Position numbers and translations under genes: made by a program | Notes under the pieces: model-generated | The model's input: the letters and a program-made list of their open reading frames with translations, nothing else | Databases searched by the model: none | What the model was told of the DNA's origin: nothing | Assembly (NCBI GenBank): GCA_044347345.1 | Contig: JBIKUX010000006.1 | Coordinates: 25,206 to 89,205, forward strand | Direction: 5' to 3' | DNA: 64,000 nt | Source of the DNA: Bdellovibrionota bacterium | Lineage (GTDB): Bacteria; Bdellovibrionota_C; UBA2361; JBIKUX01 | Part shown: one piece after another, positions 17,462 to 27,122 of the stretch | Numbering within the stretch: position 1 is the first letter of the stretch | Layout: every line of letters starts with the position of its first letter

Positions 17462-18604
17462 CTATGAAGTTAATGCTTCTTTGTAAAGAGAATCATAGTT
17501 AGCGGCACATTCAGAAATATAAGTTGGTTTTGGAACTTCAAAAGAGCGCCAAGAATCATTTTCTAAAAACCACCTTAGAGTCTCACTTATACATTGAATA
17601 TCACCCGCCCGAAATTTTTTGCCATTTATGCCGTCATGTACTCTACTTCCAAGGGCGCCGATATCAGATACTGCTGCTATTTTTTGACCCGCCCAAATTT
17701 CTGATAGCACTATGCAAAAAGTTTCTGGGAAAATACTTGGAATTACCGCTACATCAAACATTGATAAAATTACTGAAAGATCTGCCTCATCAAATGCGCC
17801 GTGATAAAAAATCCGTTCTGTTGACTTAGGCAACTCTTGTGCTCCTCCAAATAAATGAAGCTCAGTATTGGGGTAGTCTCGTTGTAATATGTTAAAGCCA
17901 GCAACAAGGCTTTGCCATCCTTTCTGGGGAATAAGAGCACCTAAATAGCCAAAGCGAAAATTAGTCCACTTGTTTTTTGGGACAACACATTTAAAAGGAT
18001 TAATTCCGTAGGGGATAATCTGAAAGGTATTATTAAAAACGACCGACAGCTTTGAAGCTAAAAATTCTGATGGTACAACCGCGTAGTTTGTACTTTCAAT
18101 TGATTCAGTCAAAACGGCGCGACGGTCTATTAAATATTTTGAAATATCATTATTAAACCAAGTTAAGGCGTATTCTGGCGATACAACCTTCAAAGGGTCA
18201 TCTTCTCCTTGTAGCGTCCATAATGGAGTGAGTGCAAAGTAGTCGTGAAAACTAATCACAGTTTTAATACCACTTAAGCGAGCTTGTTCAATCACACCAA
18301 GATGCCAACCTAAAAAATGCATAATATGGATAAGGTCGGGTTTGACTATATCTAGTATTTTTTTGAGAGAAGCCGATATGTGAGGGGCATTATATGGGGC
18401 TAAAATACTGAGAGATTCGGATGGGAAGCTTGTGTGATGACCTTGAGGACTTCTTAAGTATAGCTGACCTTGTGCCGGATAAGTAATCCAAAACTGATAT
18501 TTGGTGCTTAAATACGCACTTAAAGTTCTAACATGCCCTTCTACCCCTGCCCGATTATATAGTGAGTGTGTAATTATCAGTATGCGCGGAGAAGTCTGAC
18601 TCAT
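17462..18604 (-). CDS. Glycosyltransferase family 1 (GT4-like)
   Basis: C-terminal Glycos_transf_1-like E-x7-E region (ETFCIVLSEIWAGQKIAAVSDIGALGSRV). Confidence 0.7.
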   Translation of the reverse strand: MSQTSPRILIITHSLYNRAGVEGHVRTLSAYLSTKYQFWITYPAQGQLYLRSPQGHHTSFPSESLSILAPYNAPHISASLKKILDIVKPDLIHIMHFLGWHLGVIEQARLSGIKTVISFHDYFALTPLWTLQGEDDPLKVVSPEYALTWFNNDISKYLIDRRAVLTESIESTNYAVVPSEFLASKLSVVFNNTFQIIPYGINPFKCVVPKNKWTNFRFGYLGALIPQKGWQSLVAGFNILQRDYPNTELHLFGGAQELPKSTERIFYHGAFDEADLSVILSMFDVAVIPSIFPETFCIVLSEIWAGQKIAAVSDIGALGSRVHDGINGKKFRAGDIQCISETLRWFLENDSWRSFEVPKPTYISECAANYDSLYKEALTS

Positions 18605-18659
18605 AAGCTAAGTATTTTAATGTAATACTTACAAATAACTTTTTTCTTGAATTTACACT

Positions 18660-19721
18660 ATGAACATTTTTTTTCTTGCAGGGAAGTGTTTGCCTATTCA
18701 TGCTTATTCCTTAGATGAGCGTCCGCTTGGGGGCACCGAAACATCAATAATTAGAGTCGCTGATTTTTTGCAGAAAGCTGGACATGAAGTAACGGTTTTT
18801 TCATCTCATCGTTCTCCTCCTGAGTCATCTCCAAAGTATCGCTCTGTTGCTGATATCTCTACAGCTGAGCCAGCTGATATTTTGATAGCGGTGCAAGATT
18901 GGTGGCCATTATTTTGGCCGATAAAAGCTTCCAGACGGATGTTTTGGACCGGTGATGGAGCTGAACAATATTTGACTTACGGTTTAGGTGACAAGCGCGT
19001 GCAGAAACAGATTGATCTTCTGTTAGTAGCAAGCAATTGGCACGCTCAACATCTTTGTGAGGAAAGCGGATTTCCTATTAGTCGCACCGTAAGCGTTGGA
19101 TGTGGAGTCAATTTAGATTGGTTTGGTGGTGGCGAACAGCGAAATAGAAAAAGACTAATTTACACTTCTACTCCTTATCGCGGTTTGGAACTTGTTCCAA
19201 GTTTATATCTGGAATTGAAGAAAAAACATCCAGACCTTGAACTAAGAGTATTTTCTGGATTAAGCGTTTACGATACTGATACGAAGTTTAGTGGTCTAAG
19301 AAAACAGCAATTTGATGACCTTCTTCCAATTATTAAATCTCTTCCCGATTGCCAATATTTTGGAAATATTCTGCAACAAGATTTAGCTCGTGAGTTAATG
19401 CGCTCAGGTTTATACTTTTACCCTAACACTTGGCGAGAGACCGCTTGTATTTGCTGTATTGAGGCCAAGGCAGCTGGATGTCCGATAGTAACAACAAATT
19501 ACGGAGCTCTTTCAGAAACTGTGGGTAAGGGAGGAATAGTTATTGATTCACAACCTGGAACATTAGATTACAGTAGAAAATTCCTAAATGCTTGTGATCG
19601 AATAATTTGTGATGATCAACTTTTTACTCAACTCTCGAAAAATGGACGCTTGGAAGTGTCTCAAAAATTTAGTTGGGAGCATGTGGGACAAAGATTTTTA
19701 GATTTATTAAGTGATTTTTAA
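18660..19721 (+). CDS. Glycosyltransferase family 1 (GT4-like)
   Basis: GGTETSIIRVADFLQKAGHEV N-terminal motif and ETACICCIEAKAAGCPIVTTNYGALSETV C-terminal motif. Confidence 0.7.
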   Translation: MNIFFLAGKCLPIHAYSLDERPLGGTETSIIRVADFLQKAGHEVTVFSSHRSPPESSPKYRSVADISTAEPADILIAVQDWWPLFWPIKASRRMFWTGDGAEQYLTYGLGDKRVQKQIDLLLVASNWHAQHLCEESGFPISRTVSVGCGVNLDWFGGGEQRNRKRLIYTSTPYRGLELVPSLYLELKKKHPDLELRVFSGLSVYDTDTKFSGLRKQQFDDLLPIIKSLPDCQYFGNILQQDLARELMRSGLYFYPNTWRETACICCIEAKAAGCPIVTTNYGALSETVGKGGIVIDSQPGTLDYSRKFLNACDRIICDDQLFTQLSKNGRLEVSQKFSWEHVGQRFLDLLSDF

Positions 19722-19857
19722 TATTTTGAACCATTGATTGTGAATAAGATGTGGCATTATGAAACCGAGAAAGAAAGTAAAATAATGCTTGTATACTTAT
19801 TATTTAAAACATATGTAAAATGTAATCTGGTTAAAGCATGAGAACCCGAGATAAAAA

Positions 19858-21081
19858 GTGAAAACAAAGCTGTCTCTTCTTTTATTGGCCTTTACATTAA
19901 TTATACATACAAATTTATTCGCTGAATCTGATCATTCGGTAGCCACTTCAGATACCTCAAATACTTCAGACACTTCTGATTCTATCAAGCAATCAATGAA
20001 GACTCTTTATACTGAGTTTCGTAATCTTCATCCATTTATGGTGTCTCGAGAAAACTTTTTGATGACCAAGAATCAAAACGAAATATCAGGTATTCTTACA
20101 CGTTTAAAAACAACAGTTGATTCATTGGAAAAAGTGCATCCACTTTTTAAAAGTCATCAAAATTTAGACGGAATTCTTTTGACTTTGTATGATACTTTAG
20201 CGGACGCTGAAAGAGGTTTTAGTGAAGGTAGAAAAGGGTGGGCATTATGGCGTCTCAGGTCAGTAGCTAATGCCTGTATGACTTGTCATATTTCCTACAA
20301 AAAAGACCTCAAATTTTGTGATTCCTCAGAACCAGAATTAAATGAAAGCGATTACAGTAAAGGAGAATTTTATTTAGCTACTCGTCAGTTCGGCCGTGCA
20401 AAAGATGCTTTTATGAAAGCAGTACTTAAAGAGCCACTGCTACCTGCATCTGATTATCAACGCATTGATGCACTTCGCAAATGGTTAACTGTTTATACTA
20501 GGGTGACAAATAGCCCAGATGAAGCTCTGAACCAGTTAAATGAAATTTCTAGAAAGGTTAAGTTTCTTGCTTTTGAATTGGAAGAGATTAGTGCATGGGT
20601 AGAGTCATTAAAGAATTGGCAGCAAGAGAATAAGCCTAAAATTCTAGTTCCGTTAGTTCGTCAAGCTGAAAATCTGCTACGTCGAGGTCTGACTCACGAT
20701 GATCCAATATTTGCGACTCAAGTAGGTACTGTAGAGCTTCTAAGAGCGACCTCATTACTTCATGCTACTCTTGAAGAACAAAAAGCATTATCGTCAGCCG
20801 AAAGAGGACATATCTTATATTTGTTGGGCTTTGCCTATGCGCGTCTTCCACAGTTTTTTATTAATGAACTTCCTGAAATTTATCTGGAGCAAGCTATACG
20901 AGAAAGTCCAAAATCAGATGCAGCATTGCGGGCAATTAGACTTTATACTCAATTAATTACTCAGGAGTATACGGGAAGTGGTGGGACTCATATACCAGAA
21001 GAGATTCTTGGTAAACTCTCCGAGTTACACCGAATTGCCACTGAAGGTCGCGTTACTGAAGGAAGGCCTTCAAAAGAATAA
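19858..21081 (+). CDS. Hypothetical secreted protein with Thr/Ser/Asp repeats and one CxxCH motif
   Basis: Signal peptide MKTKLSLLLLAFTLIIHTNLFA. TSDTSNTSDTSDS repeat. CMTCH at residues 140-144. Helical, TPR-like remainder. Confidence 0.5.
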   Translation: MKTKLSLLLLAFTLIIHTNLFAESDHSVATSDTSNTSDTSDSIKQSMKTLYTEFRNLHPFMVSRENFLMTKNQNEISGILTRLKTTVDSLEKVHPLFKSHQNLDGILLTLYDTLADAERGFSEGRKGWALWRLRSVANACMTCHISYKKDLKFCDSSEPELNESDYSKGEFYLATRQFGRAKDAFMKAVLKEPLLPASDYQRIDALRKWLTVYTRVTNSPDEALNQLNEISRKVKFLAFELEEISAWVESLKNWQQENKPKILVPLVRQAENLLRRGLTHDDPIFATQVGTVELLRATSLLHATLEEQKALSSAERGHILYLLGFAYARLPQFFINELPEIYLEQAIRESPKSDAALRAIRLYTQLITQEYTGSGGTHIPEEILGKLSELHRIATEGRVTEGRPSKE

Positions 21082-21141
21082 AAGCTCTTATAGGTTAACT
21101 GTTAGGTTCAATATTTACTATAGTTAGAATATCTTGTTTTG

Positions 21142-22902
21142 TTATTCAGCTAATAAATCCAAAATTTCTAATTGTCTTGTTTCGTATTTCTCTCGGTCAT
21201 CACTTAAATGTTGAAGTAGCTCAAAGTCTCCCTCTAGACCAGCTTTTTCAATGTCTTGAGTGTTATTTTTCAGGAGTTTGTCTAGGGAAGAAAATTCAGC
21301 CTCCAATTGTTTTCGCTTTAGCGGATTAAGGCTCTTTTTTTCGTCATTTTTATCCTTTTTTTGCTTTATTGGACTATTAGATTTGGATGGGCTAATACAC
21401 TCTTGTTCGTCAGCTCCCCATCCTTTTTGCGAGAGAAATTCATCGTATGATCCTGGAAAAAATTCTGCACCGTTTGAAGTGAATACAATAAGCGAAGTGC
21501 ACAGCGCACGCAGGACAGTTTCGCTGTGAGTTACTACGGCAATACCACCTGAAAAAGATTTAAGAGCATCAATTAGTGCTTCTATAGATTCCATGTCAAG
21601 ATGGCTTGTCGGCTCATCTAATAGAAGCAGATTTACGGGAGTAGCTAAGATTCGACCGAGAAGAACGCGACTTTTTTCTCCACCTGAGAGTACTCCTATC
21701 TTTTTATCTCCACTGTCACCACCAAAAAGCATAGCGCCACAGATCGCTCGTATTTTGGTTCGAGAAAGCATAGGATTAGCATCCTGAATCTCCTCTTCAA
21801 TACGTTTCAAGTCATTTAGACGAGAGATATTGGTTTGTCCAAAATATCCAATAGATGTAGCCTCATGAAGAGCCACTAGACCTTCTAATGGCTTTATTTC
21901 TTGAGCTAGTAATTTAAGTAATGTTGATTTACCCCTACCATTTTTGCCAATTATTCCAATACGAGCATCTTTACTTATTGTGATGGAAAGTCCTTGTATC
22001 AGTAGAGGGCCATCAGGGTACCGGAAAGATAAATCTTTTGTACGACCGAGAGATGGTGCTGAAAAAGGCTTTTGTGAAAACATAAATGAAAGATTGTTGA
22101 TAGTGCTGAGAGCCTCATGTTGCTCCATTTTCTGCAAAGCCTTAACTCTTGATTGCACAAGAGTCGCTTTTGATGCTTTTGCACGAAATCTATCAATAAA
22201 TTCTTGAATTTCTTCTCGTCTTTTTTCAGTATTAACGCGAGTTTTTTCGTATGTTTCTTCATCTTGGGCAATTAGTTTTTCCAGTTTTCTTGTTCCGCCA
22301 AGAGCCTTTCTGATTTTATACCGATGAATTCCTAAAGTATGGGTAGTAATGCTATCCATAAAGTCACGATCGTGGGAGATTAGCATAAGTTCACCCCGCC
22401 ACTCATTAAGCTCTCTTTGAAGCCATCTTACAGAAATAATATCAAGGTAATTGGTTGGTTCATCTAGTAAGAGAAGATCCGGATCAGAGAGAAGAAGCTT
22501 GGCTAAATTGATGCGAATTTGCCATCCTCCAGAAAAGGTTGAGGGAGAGTTTAAAAGAGAATCTTGCTCAAACCCTAACCCCATAAGTATTCGCTCGGCA
22601 CGCCAAGATGAATCACTCCTTTGAGATTCAGGTAATCCCAAACATGCTTCAGCAAGCACAGAATCTTCGGTAAATATAAGAGTTTGAGGAAGGTGACCAA
22701 TTCGGTAGCCACGGGGAATATTTATCTTTCCATCATCTGGCTCCTCTTGCCCAAGTAAAAGCCGAAAAAGGGTTGATTTGCCATGCCCGTTACGACCGAT
22801 AACACCTACCCGTTCTCGACGCTCTAGCGAAAAGCTTGCATCATTGAAGAGTAAATTTGTACCGTACGATTTTGAAATACTCGCTACTTGAATCATATAC
22901 AA
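21142..22902 (-). CDS. ABC-F family ATPase (tandem ABC domains, no TMD)
   Basis: Two Walker A motifs (GRNGHGKST, GKNGRGKST) and two ABC signatures (LSGGWQIRINLAKLL, LSGGEKSRVLLGR), with a linker between them. Confidence 0.85.
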   Translation of the reverse strand: MYMIQVASISKSYGTNLLFNDASFSLERRERVGVIGRNGHGKSTLFRLLLGQEEPDDGKINIPRGYRIGHLPQTLIFTEDSVLAEACLGLPESQRSDSSWRAERILMGLGFEQDSLLNSPSTFSGGWQIRINLAKLLLSDPDLLLLDEPTNYLDIISVRWLQRELNEWRGELMLISHDRDFMDSITTHTLGIHRYKIRKALGGTRKLEKLIAQDEETYEKTRVNTEKRREEIQEFIDRFRAKASKATLVQSRVKALQKMEQHEALSTINNLSFMFSQKPFSAPSLGRTKDLSFRYPDGPLLIQGLSITISKDARIGIIGKNGRGKSTLLKLLAQEIKPLEGLVALHEATSIGYFGQTNISRLNDLKRIEEEIQDANPMLSRTKIRAICGAMLFGGDSGDKKIGVLSGGEKSRVLLGRILATPVNLLLLDEPTSHLDMESIEALIDALKSFSGGIAVVTHSETVLRALCTSLIVFTSNGAEFFPGSYDEFLSQKGWGADEQECISPSKSNSPIKQKKDKNDEKKSLNPLKRKQLEAEFSSLDKLLKNNTQDIEKAGLEGDFELLQHLSDDREKYETRQLEILDLLAE

Positions 22903-22934
22903 TCGCCTATCCGTTTCATATCAACAATGCCGTC

Positions 22935-23759
22935 ATGAGCTATATACTTTCAAGTCTATCTGCTGTTTTTATCGGAATGGCTATGGGTTTTATGGGTGGA
23001 GGTGGTGGAATATTAACAGTGCCTCTTCTTCGGTTTGGTTTTGACCATCATGAAAAAGTAGCTATTGCTGAATCATTAGTAATGGTTAGCCTTGTAGGAG
23101 TGGTAACAACCTTAAGTATCCTACGAGAGGGAATAATTTGGTGGCGTGGTGTTGCATTGCTTGCTATTACTGGCTCCATAGGCTCATTTGTCGGCAGTTA
23201 CATATCTTTTTTCGTCACAGGATATACGCAGCTTTTTTGGTTATCCCTGATAATGCTAGTAGCTTCAGGATTAATGTTTAGACCGAATTATTCAGAGATT
23301 AATGATGCACAGTCAGTGGAAAAATCATTAAACGATAATTTGATGTCCGGTTTAACACTCAGGAGTAAGTTATGCGGACTGATAGCTGGATTTATGTGTG
23401 GCATTCTGACTGGTTTTTTGGGGGTTGGAGGAGGATTTTTACTAGTCCCAGTTTTATACGCTATATTTATAGTGCCCATGCCGGTTGCAGTTGCTACTAG
23501 CTTAGCTATTTTATCTTTTAACGCTTCAGTAGGACTTGTTTATCATCTTCCAAAGCTTGTAGAAGAAAAATTGCAAATTGATGTTTTCTTCATTTTATCT
23601 TTTGTAATTGCTGGTCAAGGAGGGGGATATATTGGCCGGATTTTGGCCAAAAGGGTGTCTCCCCGACTAACTAGACTAATTTTTGCTACCTTTCTTCTAT
23701 TTTCCGCTATTGGGGTATTTACTGCGATAAACTTACCGCAGTTACCTCTTCCCGAATAA
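22935..23759 (+). CDS. TauE/SafE (DUF81) family anion exporter
   Basis: Start trimmed to the ATG at 22935 to avoid overlap with the ABC-F gene. Duplicated 4-TM halves with glycine-rich motifs (GFMGGGGGILTVPLL, GFLGVGGGFLLVPVL). Confidence 0.7.
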   Translation: MSYILSSLSAVFIGMAMGFMGGGGGILTVPLLRFGFDHHEKVAIAESLVMVSLVGVVTTLSILREGIIWWRGVALLAITGSIGSFVGSYISFFVTGYTQLFWLSLIMLVASGLMFRPNYSEINDAQSVEKSLNDNLMSGLTLRSKLCGLIAGFMCGILTGFLGVGGGFLLVPVLYAIFIVPMPVAVATSLAILSFNASVGLVYHLPKLVEEKLQIDVFFILSFVIAGQGGGYIGRILAKRVSPRLTRLIFATFLLFSAIGVFTAINLPQLPLPE

Positions 23760-23782
23760 AAAAAAAAGGCACAGTATAGAAC

Positions 23783-23805
23783 TTTCTCTAAACAGAGAAA
23801 TTTGT
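23783..23805 (+). terminator. Possible weak intrinsic terminator after the TauE gene
   Basis: tttctct-aaac-agagaaa hairpin followed by TTTGT. The stem is AT-rich, so this is weak. Confidence 0.2.
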
Positions 23806-23835
23806 AAAAAATATGTTTGTTCTGCTGGAGTATAT

Positions 23836-24675
23836 ATGTCTAAAGACCGTGATCGTCGGTTCGGATGCTCAAAATTTTATCTATTTCCTGCATGGGCTAC
23901 CCTAAGCTTGTTAGGCTTGTTTAGTAGTGCCTGCACTCAGGAAAAAGAGTCTACGTCATCATCAGCATTGCCGACTCAAAGTATTGAGAGTAAGCCCGCT
24001 GATAGTAAACCCTCTAATACTAAGGGGGATAACGAGGGTAGTGTCATGGATTCTAAAAAAATAAGTTATATAATTGGACATAATATCGGTAAAAGTCTCT
24101 TATCTGATGGTGTTAGTGTAGAGAGACAATCTTTGCTTGAAGGGTTGAGCCAGGCTCTTGAGGGTAAAAATTCGCAATTTTCAGAGCAAGAGGCCACTCA
24201 AGCGCTACAACAACTGCAAAGAGAAGTTATGATGAAGCGTCAAGAAGCTTCAAAAGTACAAGGTAAAAAGAATGAAGAAGATGGCAAAGCGTTTTTAGCT
24301 CAGAACAAAAGTTTAGAGGGATGGATAGAGCTTCCAAGCGGCTTACAATACAAAATTGTAAAAGAAGGTTCGGGAATTAGTCCAAAATTAGAGGATACAG
24401 TTGTGGCGCATTACACTGGAACTCTTATAAATGGCACTAAGTTTGATAGTTCTCGTGATCGTGGCCAACCAGCTGAATTTCAATTAAGTGGTTTGATTAA
24501 AGGGTGGCAAGAGGCTTTGCAGATGATGAAGCCTGGTTCCAGATGGGAACTCGTAGTACCTTCTGACTTAGCTTATGGATCTCACGGTGCTGGCCCAGGT
24601 AGCCCCATTGGTCCTAATGAAACTCTTAAATTCGATATTGAATTAGTCCAAGTGAAGAGCTCATCTACTAAGTAG
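23836..24675 (+). CDS. mip: Mip-like FKBP-type peptidyl-prolyl cis-trans isomerase (probable lipoprotein)
   Basis: Signal peptide with Cys (LFSSAC). Long helical dimerisation region. C-terminal FKBP domain (VVAHYTGTLINGTKFDSSRDRGQPAEFQLSGLIKGWQEALQMMKPGSRWELVVPSDLAYG). Confidence 0.85.
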   Translation: MSKDRDRRFGCSKFYLFPAWATLSLLGLFSSACTQEKESTSSSALPTQSIESKPADSKPSNTKGDNEGSVMDSKKISYIIGHNIGKSLLSDGVSVERQSLLEGLSQALEGKNSQFSEQEATQALQQLQREVMMKRQEASKVQGKKNEEDGKAFLAQNKSLEGWIELPSGLQYKIVKEGSGISPKLEDTVVAHYTGTLINGTKFDSSRDRGQPAEFQLSGLIKGWQEALQMMKPGSRWELVVPSDLAYGSHGAGPGSPIGPNETLKFDIELVQVKSSSTK

Positions 24676-25750
24676 TAAGTAAAGATTTGTTTAGCCCACC
24701 ATCCAGAAGTGAAAGAAAGTGGTTTTCATCAGCGATTAAGGTAGTCTGTACAGTTACCACTATAAAACACTCTCTGAGATGGTGATTAAGAGGTATTATT
24801 TCATTAATTTTTATAGCGTCCTTTGCAGTTGTAATAATTAGAGCATTATTTGGTAATTTATCTGCATACTGCGTTAGGTCTGATAGTGAATAACGTGCAT
24901 GATCTTTGGCTAAAAATTGATGTGAAATTTTCAAGCCAGTTGATTTTACAGTTTGAATAAAACCATTGGGATTAGCTATCCCACACAAAATAGCTACTTC
25001 GTTCTTTATTTCTTCTTTCTTTATTAAAGTACCATCAAGTCGTTTGAGTATGGGAGGTGTAAGAGCCGTTTCAAAAAACGGAATTTTTTTTGGCAGAATA
25101 GCTACTAGATCATCTGGAATTGATTGAATATTAGAAATAACCTTTCGATGAGACAATATAATGGCTGAGGCTCTTTGCAGACCCTTATCTCTATCTTCTC
25201 GAAAAAAGCCTGCTGGTAAAAGCTTACCCTTTAAAAAATTATCAATTGCCTCTGAAGTACTTACATCGACCGTGATAAAATTTAAATCTCGGTGTATGTA
25301 TCTGTGCTGTAATCCGTCATCTAACAGTATGACGTTAATTTCAGGGTGATACTGTAGCAAAAGCTTTACTCCGTCACTTCTCTTTGGTGATACAACTATG
25401 GGAACGTGAAGTGTTTCTGATAGTAACTTTGGTTCATCGCCGACTACATTGCTTAATGTATCACTGTCAACAAATGTTGGCTTAGTAGCTGAACCACCGT
25501 AACCACGTGAAATAATCCCAACCTTATAGCCTTGCTGAGTAAGAGTATTGCAGAGATAAATAATAAAAGGAGTTTTTCCAGTCCCTCCAACAGTAAGATT
25601 ACCCACGCTTATCACACTAACCGGAGCGTGATATTGTTTAATTATATTTTGGTCGAAAAGAGTATTCCGAATGGAAGTTATTTGCCCATAAAAATAACTT
25701 AATGGATTAATAATCAGATTAGGTACCGACATATTCATATTCATATTCAC
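24668..25750 (-). CDS. lpxK: Tetraacyldisaccharide 4'-kinase
   Basis: VISVGNLTVGGTGKTPFIIYL matches the LpxK P-loop signature. Begins GTG-(AATATG)x3, giving MNMNMNM. Confidence 0.85.
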   Translation of the reverse strand: MNMNMNMSVPNLIINPLSYFYGQITSIRNTLFDQNIIKQYHAPVSVISVGNLTVGGTGKTPFIIYLCNTLTQQGYKVGIISRGYGGSATKPTFVDSDTLSNVVGDEPKLLSETLHVPIVVSPKRSDGVKLLLQYHPEINVILLDDGLQHRYIHRDLNFITVDVSTSEAIDNFLKGKLLPAGFFREDRDKGLQRASAIILSHRKVISNIQSIPDDLVAILPKKIPFFETALTPPILKRLDGTLIKKEEIKNEVAILCGIANPNGFIQTVKSTGLKISHQFLAKDHARYSLSDLTQYADKLPNNALIITTAKDAIKINEIIPLNHHLRECFIVVTVQTTLIADENHFLSLLDGGLNKSLLTT

Positions 25751-25820
25751 GATTAAATATTCTATTTATCGGGATAGCACTTTAAAGAATATCAATAATT
25801 ATTGATCCCTAATGCATTTT

Positions 25821-27095
25821 TTATACTGTTTCTAAAAGCTCTGAGCAAAGAGCTTGAATAGTACGACCGGTAGCGCCAATATGATTTTGAAAAGTCTGGT
25901 ATCCTTGTTCGCCGATATTTTTAAGTGCTTCTGGACATTCGACAAGTTTTCTTAGAACTTCAGTTGCTCCTAATTGATTGGTGATTTCAATTATTCCGTT
26001 GGTTTTTTTGAGATCTGATACAATCTCCCCAACAGTGAATGAATGAGGACCCATTACTACTGGCACTCGATAAGCCGCTGCCTCTAATGGATTGTGGCCA
26101 CCAATCGGTACTAATGAAGCTCCTATAAATACGAGTGATGAGTAGGAATAAACTCGCTCAAGTTCACCAAATGTATCAAGTAATACAATACGCTCATTGT
26201 CGTTAGCAGGGCGCTTTTCAGCTTTAAGAGTGGTAAATCTGACGGCAGAAAGACCAGCATTACTGAGAGCATTTTCAAAATACTCAAACTTTTCTTTATG
26301 ACGCGGCGCTACAATAAGTTGAAGATCGTGATATTTAGACATAATTTCACGAATCGGATCAAACCAAATTTTCTCCTCCTGTGGTCTTATGCTACCTAGG
26401 GTAATAATGCTTTTGGGAGTACTAAATATAGTATGAGCGTATACTGTAGCCTCCTCTTTAGATGTTATTGATGGTTTACGATCGTACTTTGTGTTTCCGG
26501 TGATGATTATGCGATTATTTGGAATGCCAAGGTTTGCATATCTATCCTTTGATGCTCTGTCGATCACACAAGCTAGAGATATAGCTTTAACTACATCCCT
26601 TAAAAAAGGAGCTAGAACTCGATAACGGTTAACTGTTGTATCGGAAATTCGGCCATTAATAATAAGCACCTTACCTCCTTGATTTTTTACGAATCTTATC
26701 AGTTCAGGCCAAAGCTCTGTTTCACAAATAATAAGAAGTTTAATAGTAGAATTTTTTAATGCTTGTTTTAAAAATTTTTTGCTATCAAAAGGAAGAAACG
26801 CTGAACCATCGAATAATTCTTTTCCAATTTTTTCTGCATAGTTTGAAACACTTGTGTGAAGAAAAAAGCTGGATGGAAACTTTGACTTAAAGAAGGGTAA
26901 AAGCTCCGCCACTGATTGAGTTTCTCCGAGGGAGGCTCCATGAAACCAAACAATTGACTGATTAGTTGGTAAGCTGAATGGCCAGAAACCATACCTCTCC
27001 TTGAGTCGGTATCTTCCTCTTGAAGAAGCAAAAAAAAATGGATAGGAAAGATAACCGAGAGCTAGCATTAAGAAGCGGTAAGAAAGTGTTCCCAT
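25821..27095 (-). CDS. waaA: 3-deoxy-D-manno-octulosonic acid (Kdo) transferase
   Basis: IWFHGASLGETQSVAELL N-terminal signature of WaaA/KdtA. GT30 C-terminal domain pattern. Confidence 0.85.
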   Translation of the reverse strand: MGTLSYRFLMLALGYLSYPFFFASSRGRYRLKERYGFWPFSLPTNQSIVWFHGASLGETQSVAELLPFFKSKFPSSFFLHTSVSNYAEKIGKELFDGSAFLPFDSKKFLKQALKNSTIKLLIICETELWPELIRFVKNQGGKVLIINGRISDTTVNRYRVLAPFLRDVVKAISLACVIDRASKDRYANLGIPNNRIIITGNTKYDRKPSITSKEEATVYAHTIFSTPKSIITLGSIRPQEEKIWFDPIREIMSKYHDLQLIVAPRHKEKFEYFENALSNAGLSAVRFTTLKAEKRPANDNERIVLLDTFGELERVYSYSSLVFIGASLVPIGGHNPLEAAAYRVPVVMGPHSFTVGEIVSDLKKTNGIIEITNQLGATEVLRKLVECPEALKNIGEQGYQTFQNHIGATGRTIQALCSELLETV

Positions 27096-27122
27096 AAAAT
27101 TTTCAATACTATCGATACTTTT

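Noticed and set aside
21260-21529. Small ORFs antisense within the ABC-F gene (also 21593-21787, 21944-22207, 21999-22271)
   Set aside because: All lie inside a confidently assigned CDS, with no independent support.
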